Shown here in pieces: positions 40,609 to 47,999 of a stretch of 64,000 bases of DNA. The translations under genes were made by a program, and so were the position numbers. The stretch lies in the NCBI GenBank assembly GCA_964527765.1, contig CAZGQR010000003.1:75366-139365 (forward strand), given 5' to 3'. The notes beneath the pieces are model-generated. The model was not told the origin of the DNA and did not search any database. It saw only the letters and a list, made by a program, of their open reading frames with translations. How positions within the stretch are numbered: the stretch's first letter is position 1; every line of letters begins with the position of its first letter. The stretch comes from an uncultured Planctomycetia bacterium (GTDB lineage Bacteria; Omnitrophota; Gorgyraeia; Tantalellales; Tantalellaceae).

Positions 40609-42392
40609 TAGAACGGATGAAAAAAGTCACGGTCCTGGTTTCCGAAAGGGAAAGAGAGAAGTTCATCTCCAGGCTGCGGAAAGCGGGTGTTTTGCATATC
40701 AGGCACGTCAAAGCGCCGGTCCACCATGAAATAAATTTCATCGAAGACAGGATCTCAAGGATCGGGCAGATGATCTCCGCGCTTGCTCCGTACGCGGAGA
40801 AAGAGACCCAGGACGGGAAAGCAAGCAGTCATGAGAGGGATGTGCTGGCCAGGGTGGACGCCGTTATGGAGGCGTGCAGGGAAAAGCAGGACCTGGTAGC
40901 GCATATACGGGAGATGCGCGGGCGGATAGAATGGTTCAAGCCGTGGGGCGAATTTGACCCCGAGGATCTGGAAACGCTGGGGGAAAAGAATGTGCGCATC
41001 AGGCTTTACCGTTTGAGGAAGGACGAATTCAGGAAGCTCGGGAAAGACAGGAAATATCACGTGGTCAAGAAAGAAAAGGGGCTCGTATATATCGCGACCG
41101 TAGCATGGAATTCGGAGGAGAAGTTGCCCTTCGAGGAAGTGGCCGTCCCGCCGCTCGGCCCGGAAAAAATGAGAGGACAGATAGACCAGCTTAACGGCAG
41201 AATAGCCGGAGTGGATGATTTCCTGAAACAGGAGGCCAGGGGCATATACGCGATGAAAAGATGCGAGGAGAAGCTGAAGAAAGAGCATGAGTCCATGGCC
41301 GTCATGTTCGGCATGCAGGAGGAAGGGAAGTTTTCATACCTGCAGGGCTTTTGCCCGATCAAAGCGGTAAAGAAGATCTCCGCGATGGTAAAACAGCACG
41401 GACTGGGCTATTTAGCGGAAGAACCGGATAACCCGGATGAAACGCCTACGCTCATCACAAACCCCAGGTGGGTCAGGATAATCAACCCGGTATTCCAGTT
41501 CATGAACACGCTTCCCGGCTACAATGAGTTCGACATCAGTTTTTATTTTCTGATCTTTTTCAGTTTGTTTTTCGCGATGCTGATAGGTGATGCGGGATAC
41601 GGGACCCTTTTTCTGGCAGTGACGTTCCTGGTCAGGCGCAAGTTGAGGGACCTGCCGTCCGAACCGTTCCTTTTGATGTATATTCTAAGCTGCGGAACGA
41701 TCGTGTGGGGCGCGATCACCGGAACATGGTTCGGAGTCGAAAGAATAGCCCAGCTGCCTTTTTTCAGCAGTCTGGTCATAGAGAAAATAGGCAGTTTCGC
41801 CGATAGCCAGAATTTCCTGATATTCCTGTGCTTCATAATAGGCGCCGTGCAGTTGACGGTTGCGCACGCGCTGAAGGGGATAAAGGTCATAAATTCCGTG
41901 TTGGCCCTGGCGGAGGCGGGATGGATCCTGATCCTGTGGGGCATGTTTTTCGCGGCGGGGAAGTTCGTTATCGCCAGGCCCTTTCCCCCGGCTGCCGGAT
42001 GGCTGCTTGTCGGGGGTATCGGTCTTGTTCTCCTGTTCTCTAATCCGCAGAAAGGTATTTTCAAGGGCATGCTTACCACTTTAGCGAACCTGCCCCTGAG
42101 CGTGATAAGTTCGTTTTCGGATATCATTTCTTATTTAAGGCTGTTCGCCGTGGGATATGCCACGGTCATCGTTGCGGAAAGTTTTAATAACATGGCTCTG
42201 GCAGGCGGGATCGGCAGCGTGATAAAAGGATTGGGCGCGGCGATGATCCTGTTCCTGGGGCATGCGCTGAACATCCTTCTGGGTTTTATGGCAGTTATCG
42301 TCCACGGGATAAGGCTGAACATGCTCGAGTTCTCCAGCCATCTGGGGATGCAATGGTCCGGCAAGAAGTATGAACCTTTTTGTGAAAAGTAG
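40605..42392 (+). CDS. atpI: V-type ATPase subunit I (a-subunit)
   Basis: 595 aa. Cytoplasmic N-terminal half plus multi-TM C-terminal half with SYLRLFAVGYA and HGIRLNMLEF motifs. Confidence 0.9.
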   Translation: MIERMKKVTVLVSEREREKFISRLRKAGVLHIRHVKAPVHHEINFIEDRISRIGQMISALAPYAEKETQDGKASSHERDVLARVDAVMEACREKQDLVAHIREMRGRIEWFKPWGEFDPEDLETLGEKNVRIRLYRLRKDEFRKLGKDRKYHVVKKEKGLVYIATVAWNSEEKLPFEEVAVPPLGPEKMRGQIDQLNGRIAGVDDFLKQEARGIYAMKRCEEKLKKEHESMAVMFGMQEEGKFSYLQGFCPIKAVKKISAMVKQHGLGYLAEEPDNPDETPTLITNPRWVRIINPVFQFMNTLPGYNEFDISFYFLIFFSLFFAMLIGDAGYGTLFLAVTFLVRRKLRDLPSEPFLLMYILSCGTIVWGAITGTWFGVERIAQLPFFSSLVIEKIGSFADSQNFLIFLCFIIGAVQLTVAHALKGIKVINSVLALAEAGWILILWGMFFAAGKFVIARPFPPAAGWLLVGGIGLVLLFSNPQKGIFKGMLTTLANLPLSVISSFSDIISYLRLFAVGYATVIVAESFNNMALAGGIGSVIKGLGAAMILFLGHALNILLGFMAVIVHGIRLNMLEFSSHLGMQWSGKKYEPFCEK

Positions 42393-42406
42393 TAAGGAGG
42401 TATATC

Positions 42407-42847
42407 ATGGTTTCAGGGTTAGGTGATATGGGGCTTTCGCTCGCTTTCTCCGCGATCGGTTCGGCGCTGGGAACGGGAGTCGCGGGCATGGCCGCTGTTG
42501 GGGCGTGGAAAAGAGCTTTTATGCAGAACAAGGCGGCACCTTTCATTCTTATCGCTTTTGTGGGAGCCCCTTTGTCGCAGACCATTTACGGGATGATCTT
42601 GAGGAACGCTATCCAGGGAGCTAACCTTGACCCCCAGACGTATCCTTTTCAGATGGCTCTGGGTATGGCCGCGGGCCTGGCGATGGGAGCCTCGGCATGG
42701 ATGCAGGGCAAGGCCGGCGCGAGCGCGGCAGACGCCCTGGCCGAGACCGGAAAGGGCTTCGGCAATTACATAATGGTCCTCGGGGTCATCGAAACGGTAG
42801 CCTTGTTTGTGATGGTGTTCGCCCTGACGGCTCTCCCGAAAGGATAA
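42407..42847 (+). CDS. atpK: V-type ATPase proteolipid subunit K (duplicated 4-TM c-subunit)
   Basis: 146 aa, AAGGAGG RBS, Gly/Ala-rich TMs, carboxylate in GVIETVALF. Confidence 0.9.
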   Translation: MVSGLGDMGLSLAFSAIGSALGTGVAGMAAVGAWKRAFMQNKAAPFILIAFVGAPLSQTIYGMILRNAIQGANLDPQTYPFQMALGMAAGLAMGASAWMQGKAGASAADALAETGKGFGNYIMVLGVIETVALFVMVFALTALPKG

Positions 42848-42878
42848 GAAGCCGCCGGGCCAAACCGGAAAAGACAGT

Positions 42879-43544
42879 ATGCCAGCCGGAACCCTCTATA
42901 TCGTCAGCACGCCGATAGGGAATCTTGAGGATATCACGCTGCGGGCCATACGGGTCCTGAAGGAAGCGGACCTTGTGGCGGCGGAGGACACCCGCAGGTC
43001 GAAGACCCTGTTTACGGCTTACGGGATAAAAAGCGCGCTCACCAGCTATCATTCATACAACCTGGAGAAGAAGACGCCTCAGCTTGTCAAGGCGCTGCTG
43101 GACGGCAAAAATATTGCGCTCATTTCCGATTCCGGCACACCGGGCATTTCCGATCCCGGTTCCGTGCTGATAAATGAGTGTGTGAAGAACGGCATACCCC
43201 TTACCGCGGTTCCCGGCCCCACGGCGCTTGTGACCGCGCTGGTCCTGTCCGGCAAGCCCACGCATAAATTCGCCTTTGAGGGCTTTCTTTCCAACAAAGC
43301 GGCTCGCAGGCGGAAGCAGCTGGAGGGGCTGAAGGAAGAAAAAAGGACCGTGATAATCTATGAATCCCCCCACAGGATAGTGAGATTCCTTGAGGATTTC
43401 ATAGATGTCGTGGGCGACCGCGAGATCGTCATCGCGCGGGAAATGACCAAGAGGTTCGAGGAGATCAGGAGGGGGAGGGCAAGCCGCCACCTGGAGCACT
43501 TTTCGGAACATAAGCCCCGCGGCGAATTTATAATCGTTTTCTGA
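42879..43544 (+). CDS. rsmI: 16S rRNA (cytidine1402-2'-O)-methyltransferase
   Basis: GTLYIVSTPIGNLEDITLRA...VLKEADLVAAEDTR, SDSGTPGISDPG. 221 aa. Confidence 0.9.
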   Translation: MPAGTLYIVSTPIGNLEDITLRAIRVLKEADLVAAEDTRRSKTLFTAYGIKSALTSYHSYNLEKKTPQLVKALLDGKNIALISDSGTPGISDPGSVLINECVKNGIPLTAVPGPTALVTALVLSGKPTHKFAFEGFLSNKAARRRKQLEGLKEEKRTVIIYESPHRIVRFLEDFIDVVGDREIVIAREMTKRFEEIRRGRASRHLEHFSEHKPRGEFIIVF

Positions 43545-43595
43545 CGAAAAAGCGCTCCGAAAGGCCGCAAGTCCGCAGTCCGCGAACTGTAAGTA

Positions 43596-43623
43596 TTGAC
43601 TTTTTCCCGGCAGTTGCTACAAT
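43596..43623 (+). promoter_or_regulatory. Candidate ndk promoter
   Basis: TTGACT-16 nt-TACAAT, 43 nt upstream of the ndk ATG. Confidence 0.55.
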
Positions 43624-43665
43624 AGTGACCTAAGTATTTCATTATATCTTAATAGCGGGGGCAAT

Positions 43666-44163
43666 ATGGTAGAGCAAACACTCGTGCTGATAAAGCCGGA
43701 CGGCCTGAAAAAATCTTTGACCGGGAACATCCTGACGAGACTCTCCGAGACAAAACTGGACATCGTAGGGGCAAAGATAGTAAGGGTCTCCCGGGAGCTC
43801 GCCAAAGAGCATTACAGGGCGATGGCGGACAAGCCTTTTTTTGAGGAACTCATCAGATATATCATGGGAGAATACCATAAGAAAAAGGTCATGGCCCTTA
43901 TATATTGGGGGGACAACGCCATCAGTAAAGTAAGAGAGATCTGCGGGGAGACCAATCCGGAGAGGGCGGACGCCGTTTCGATAAGAGGGGCCTACGGCAG
44001 GATCACTACGGCGGGAGTATATGAGAACGTCATTCACGCTTCCGAGAGCACCGGGGAAGCCGAAAGAGAAATAAAACTCTGGTTCGAGCCGGATGAAATC
44101 CTGCTCGACATATACCCCGTGACCGAAGTCGAAGTGAAGAAAAAGATCAGAAAATGGGCATGA
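43666..44163 (+). CDS. ndk: Nucleoside diphosphate kinase
   Basis: EQTLVLIKPDG, active-site His in NVIHASES. 165 aa. Confidence 0.9.
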   Translation: MVEQTLVLIKPDGLKKSLTGNILTRLSETKLDIVGAKIVRVSRELAKEHYRAMADKPFFEELIRYIMGEYHKKKVMALIYWGDNAISKVREICGETNPERADAVSIRGAYGRITTAGVYENVIHASESTGEAEREIKLWFEPDEILLDIYPVTEVEVKKKIRKWA

Positions 44164-44203
44164 CCCTTCTCGCCAAGGGCGCAAATAAAGCATAAGGAAG
44201 ACC

Positions 44204-45088
44204 ATGATAAAATCAATGACAGGTTTCGGCAAAAGCACCGAAAAATCCCCGTACGGCACGATAACCGCCGAGATCAAAACACTGAACTACAAAAACCTGA
44301 GCGTCACCTGCAATCCGTTCAACGGGCTCTTCCTGCTGGAAGAGAAAATTAAAAAGCTCTTCGAAGGGAAGATATTCCGGGGAAAGGTCCTTGTCAGGAT
44401 AACGGCCGAAGGGAAGAGCGGGCAGAAAAGTCTCCAGAGGATAGAGGTAAACGAGAGTGTTGCCCGGGAATATCTCAGAAAGATCAGGAAAGCCCAGAAA
44501 AATCTGGGCGTCAAGGGCGAAATACAGATAAGAGATCTGATAGAATTTCCCGGAGTCGTGGAAAGCGGCGTCGATAAAAAGCAGGAGCAGGTCTGGCCGT
44601 ATGTCAGGAAAGCGCTGGAAAAAGCGCTGAATAAACTGATCGCATACCGCAGGAGCGAAGGGATACGGCTTGCCGGGGATTTTAATGGGCGCCTTCGCGA
44701 GATAAAAAAGAAATTGCGCGAGATCAGCGGGTACGGCAAGCAGAGCGTTGCCGGGTACCGCAAAAAACTGGTCCGGTCAATCCGGGACATCGCGGAAAAC
44801 GTGGAGCTGGACAAGAACAGACTGGAGACGGAAGTCGCTTTGTTTTCCAGGAACTGCGATATAGCGGAAGAGATCACGCGCCTGGAGGGGCATCTGGCGG
44901 CGTACAGGGATGCCATGAATAAAGTGAAAACGGATGTGGGCAAGAAGCTGGATTTTATAGCCCAGGAGATGCAAAGGGAAGCCAACACCATAGGGGCGAA
45001 ATCAAGCGATTTCAGGATATCCAAAGCCGTTATTGAGGTAAAGAGCGAAATAGAGAAAATGCGGGAACAGATCAAGAACATCGAATGA
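44204..45088 (+). CDS. yicC: YicC family stress-induced protein
   Basis: MIKSMTGFG N-terminus and C-terminal DUF1732 pattern (EMQREANTIGAKS). 294 aa. Confidence 0.88.
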   Translation: MIKSMTGFGKSTEKSPYGTITAEIKTLNYKNLSVTCNPFNGLFLLEEKIKKLFEGKIFRGKVLVRITAEGKSGQKSLQRIEVNESVAREYLRKIRKAQKNLGVKGEIQIRDLIEFPGVVESGVDKKQEQVWPYVRKALEKALNKLIAYRRSEGIRLAGDFNGRLREIKKKLREISGYGKQSVAGYRKKLVRSIRDIAENVELDKNRLETEVALFSRNCDIAEEITRLEGHLAAYRDAMNKVKTDVGKKLDFIAQEMQREANTIGAKSSDFRISKAVIEVKSEIEKMREQIKNIE

Positions 45089-45687
45089 AAAAGAAAAGAG
45101 AACCTCTCATCATTATCGTTTCCGCGCCGAGCGGCAGCGGCAAGACAACTCTCATAAACCGTTTGCTGGAAAAGATACCCGAGATGCAGAGGTCTATTTC
45201 ATGTACGACGAGACAGCCGAGGGAAGGGGAGAAAGACAAGAGGGATTATTTGTTCATTCCCAGGGAAGAATTCAAGGAGAGGATAGAGAAAGGCGAATTT
45301 CTGGAGTGGGAGGAAAACTTCGGTCATTATTACGGCACCCCGAAAGAACAGTTCCAGGAAGCGGTGGAAAAGGGGGAAGACATAATCTTAAGCATAGACG
45401 TTAAGGGCGCCAGGGCCATCAAGAGAAACTTCCCCGAAAGCGTAAGCGTTTTCATAATGCCTCCATCCGCCGAAGAGCTTGCGACAAGACTTAGGAAGAG
45501 GAACACGGACCGGGAAAAAGACGTTTCTATGCGGCTGGAAGAGGCGCGGCGGGAGATCTCGGCCGCGGATGAGTATGATTACCTGGTCGTCAACAAAGAA
45601 CTGGGAGAAGCGGTAGAGGAGCTGAAATCCATCATAGAGACCGAGAGAAGGAACAGGACGGTCAATACGGAAGAAGACGAGAAATAA
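45085..45687 (+). CDS. gmk: Guanylate kinase
   Basis: P-loop SAPSGSGKTT, TTRQPREGE..G.DY.F. ATGA overlap with yicC. Confidence 0.93.
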   Translation: MKKKREPLIIIVSAPSGSGKTTLINRLLEKIPEMQRSISCTTRQPREGEKDKRDYLFIPREEFKERIEKGEFLEWEENFGHYYGTPKEQFQEAVEKGEDIILSIDVKGARAIKRNFPESVSVFIMPPSAEELATRLRKRNTDREKDVSMRLEEARREISAADEYDYLVVNKELGEAVEELKSIIETERRNRTVNTEEDEK

Positions 45688-45887
45688 TGGAAAAAGCGCT
45701 GAGGGAAACATTGATACAAAAAACCGGCAGTATTTACAAACTCTGTAACCTGGCGGCGATGAGGGCCATGGAGCTTAATAGCGGGATGAAAAAGCTGGTC
45801 GAAGCGGAACCCAGCGAAAAAGTCACCACTTTGGCCATTAAAGAGATCGCCGCAGGAAAAGTCAAGCTGAAGGCGACCAAAGGATAA
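45687..45887 (+). CDS. rpoZ: RNA polymerase omega subunit
   Basis: 66 aa. SIYKLCNLAAMRAMEL matches the omega core. Canonical gmk-rpoZ linkage. Confidence 0.85.
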   Translation: MEKALRETLIQKTGSIYKLCNLAAMRAMELNSGMKKLVEAEPSEKVTTLAIKEIAAGKVKLKATKG

Positions 45888-45891
45888 AAAG

Positions 45892-46431
45892 GTGGGAAAG
45901 AACATTCTTTTGGGCGTGACCGGCAGTATCGCCAGCTTTAAGGCTTGCGATCTTATAGGCCTTCTTCGCAAGAAGGGGCATTCCGTGCGCTGTGTGATGT
46001 CTGCCGACGCCAAATGGTTCGTTACGCCGCTCGCGCTGGAGACGCTTACGGGCAAGAAGGTGATCGATGATATGTTCCGGCTGCCCGAGAGCAGGGACCC
46101 CGCGCATATCTCTCTGGCCGATGAAGCGGATATCATTCTGATAGCGCCCGCGACCGCCGATATGATCGCGAAAATAGCCGCGGGTCTCTGCGACGATATA
46201 CTGGCGTGTACCGTGTGCGCTTCTGATTGCCCGGTAGTTTTTGCTCCCGCCATGAACGATACAATGTTCAATAATCCTATTGTGCGGGAAAATATAGAGT
46301 ACCTTCGCGGGAAGGGATACCATTTCATCGATCCTGTAGTGGGGCACCTGGCGTGTGGACGTGAAGGCATGGGGCATCTGGCGCCGCTGGAGAAAATAGT
46401 CAAAGAAGCGGAAAAGATCTTAGCATTATGA
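45892..46431 (+). CDS. coaC: Phosphopantothenoylcysteine decarboxylase (stand-alone flavoprotein half of CoaBC)
   Basis: GTG start. ILLGVTGSIASFKA, IAPATADMIAK, PAMN..M. 179 aa. Confidence 0.88.
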   Translation: MGKNILLGVTGSIASFKACDLIGLLRKKGHSVRCVMSADAKWFVTPLALETLTGKKVIDDMFRLPESRDPAHISLADEADIILIAPATADMIAKIAAGLCDDILACTVCASDCPVVFAPAMNDTMFNNPIVRENIEYLRGKGYHFIDPVVGHLACGREGMGHLAPLEKIVKEAEKILAL

Positions 46432-47105
46432 CACAGGCGCGCGCGATGCATAGACCGGACAAAGACCCCGGATCTTCCAGGAGAATACTGGTAACCGCGG
46501 GACCTACCATAGAGCCTCTGGATCCTGTCAGATATATTTCTAATCGGTCCACCGGAACAATGGGCTATGAGATAGCGGCAGAAGGCCGGAGGCGCGGTTT
46601 CAAAGTGTGCCTTATAAGCGGGCCCGTGCATCTGCCGCCGCCGTCCGGCGTGGAAGTGCTGAGCGTGACAACGGCGCGGGAGATGAAGGACAAGGTGGCC
46701 GAACGCATCGGCGGATGCGATTGCGTGATCATGGCGGCGGCGGTCTGTGATTTTCGGCCGGAGAAAAGCGCAAAGCGGAAGATCAAGAAACGGGAAACCC
46801 TGGACATCAAGCTCGTTAAGAACCCTGACATACTTTTGGAAGCAGGGCAAAGAGAGGGTCTTGTAAAGGTGGGGTTCGCTCTTGAGACGGAAAACGCGCT
46901 CGAGAACGCGAAGGGTAAACTTGAGAAGAAAGGGCTGGACCTGATCGTGATCAACACGATAGACGAAAAATCCGATCCGTTCGGTCCGGGCGCGGCACGA
47001 TATATCCTGCTGGACAGAGACGGTAATATCCGGGAAGTCGAAAGCCTTACCAAGAAACAGATGGCGGGGATCATCGTGCGGGAGGTGGAAAGGCTGCTGC
47101 AATGA
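46428..47105 (+). CDS. coaB: Phosphopantothenate--cysteine ligase (stand-alone CoaB half)
   Basis: ILVTAGPTIEPLDPVRYISNRSTGTMG, AAAVCDFRP, KIKK. ATGA overlap with coaC. Confidence 0.88.
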   Translation: MTQARAMHRPDKDPGSSRRILVTAGPTIEPLDPVRYISNRSTGTMGYEIAAEGRRRGFKVCLISGPVHLPPPSGVEVLSVTTAREMKDKVAERIGGCDCVIMAAAVCDFRPEKSAKRKIKKRETLDIKLVKNPDILLEAGQREGLVKVGFALETENALENAKGKLEKKGLDLIVINTIDEKSDPFGPGAARYILLDRDGNIREVESLTKKQMAGIIVREVERLLQ

Positions 47106-47542
47106 AGAAATGGGATATAGGCAGTAAAGGATTCACGATAAGCGAACTGGTGCTTGTGTTGGTCATAGCGCTTGTTGTGGGAGGGCTGATGCTGCCGTTC
47201 ATCCGGTATAACGCCAGGAGAATGGATAAGACCGCGTGCGCGAACAACCTGCGCCAAGTGGGGCTGGCGCTGTACATTTACGCGAAGGAGCATGAAGGGA
47301 GATTCCCGCCCACTCTCAAGGCCCTTTATGACGAGCGCTATCTGGCCGACAGGCGGCTGATGGATTGTCCCGCGAGCAGGGACACGGGGACACCGGAATC
47401 CCCGGATTATATATACACCGCCGGTTTGTCCGTCAGGGATCCTTCATTGACCGCCCTCGTGCGGGATAAGGCCAGGAACCATCCGCGCGGAGGAAAGAAC
47501 ATACTTTATGTCAACGGCGCAGTGGTCTGGGAGGAAGAATAG
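47102..47542 (+). CDS. Prepilin-type N-terminal cleavage/methylation protein, DUF1559 / H-X9-DG-like
   Basis: G|FTISELVLVLVIALV class III signal (Glu at +5). C-terminal NHPRGGKNILYVNGAV resembles the H-X9-DG motif of PVC-group pseudopilins. ATGA overlap with coaB. Confidence 0.7.
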   Translation: MKKWDIGSKGFTISELVLVLVIALVVGGLMLPFIRYNARRMDKTACANNLRQVGLALYIYAKEHEGRFPPTLKALYDERYLADRRLMDCPASRDTGTPESPDYIYTAGLSVRDPSLTALVRDKARNHPRGGKNILYVNGAVVWEEE

Positions 47543-47600
47543 GAAAGGCGGAAGCCGATTGACATTTTTATTTTATTATGATAATTTAACTCACGCTTCG

Positions 47601-47674
47601 GGCGCGGTGGCCGAGCAGATAGGCAGCGGTCTGCAAAACCGCGTACACCGGTGCGAATCCGGTCCGCGCCTCCA
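47601..47674 (+). tRNA. tRNA-Cys (GCA)
   Basis: Acceptor GGCGCGG/CCGCGCC, anticodon stem GCGGT/ACCGC, loop CTGCAAA, T arm ACCGG-TGCGAAT-CCGGT, encoded CCA. TTGACA at 47559-47564 lies upstream. Confidence 0.9.
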
Positions 47675-47743
47675 GATTCTTGCGAAGCAGTGTTTTTCCG
47701 CAGATGCGGCGAATAGGGGCCTCGGAGAGGATGCTTAAAAGGT

Positions 47744-47831
47744 GGGCGAGTGGCGGAATTGGCAGACGCAAAGGACTTAAAATCCTTCGGTTGAATAAAC
47801 CATGAGGGTTCGAGTCCCTCCTTGCCCACCA
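47744..47831 (+). tRNA. tRNA-Leu (TAA), class II
   Basis: Acceptor GGGCGAG/CTTGCCC (one G-U), anticodon stem AAGGA/TCCTT, loop CTTAAAA, long variable arm, T arm GAGGG-TTCGAGT-CCCTC, encoded CCA. Confidence 0.88.
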
Positions 47832-47847
47832 TGCCGATACTGGAAGG

Positions 47848-47876
47848 TTGCATAGGAACACAAAAGGTGTCATAAT
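47848..47876 (+). promoter_or_regulatory. Candidate promoter for tRNA-Val(GAC)-thrS
   Basis: TTGCAT-17 nt-CATAAT, about 35 nt upstream of tRNA-Val. Confidence 0.5.
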
Positions 47877-47911
47877 ATAGATTAATATTTTAGCCGGAAG
47901 AATAATACGGT

Positions 47912-47988
47912 GGGCGGTTAGCTCAGATGGTTAGAGCGCCACGTTGACATCGTGGAGGTCACTGGTTCGATCCCAGTATCGCCCACCA
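47912..47988 (+). tRNA. tRNA-Val (GAC)
   Basis: Acceptor GGGCGGT/ATCGCCC (one G-U), anticodon stem CCACG/CGTGG, loop TTGACAT, T arm ACTGG-TTCGATC-CCAGT, encoded CCA. Confidence 0.92.
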
Positions 47989-47999
47989 CTGCACGGGAT

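Noticed and set aside
45579-47102. 507-aa ORF antisense to gmk, rpoZ, coaC and coaB
   Set aside because: It is directly opposite four well-supported sense genes. Its composition is low-complexity Arg/Ser/Pro/Cys/His-rich and it has no RBS. Where it is codon-for-codon opposite rpoZ and coaB, stops would need the rare sense codons TTA/CTA/TCA. Across coaC the few Tyr/His/Gln codons explain the absence of stops. It is a shadow ORF.
47506-47873. Two minus-strand ORFs (115 and 95 aa) across the tRNA-Cys/tRNA-Leu region
   Set aside because: They overlap two clear plus-strand tRNAs and their spacers, and have no RBS or coding signature.
47989-47999. T-box or ThrRS-operator leader upstream of thrS (checked also upstream of pheS, 53050-53104)
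   Set aside because: The spacers are 11 nt and overlapping, respectively, leaving no room for such leaders.
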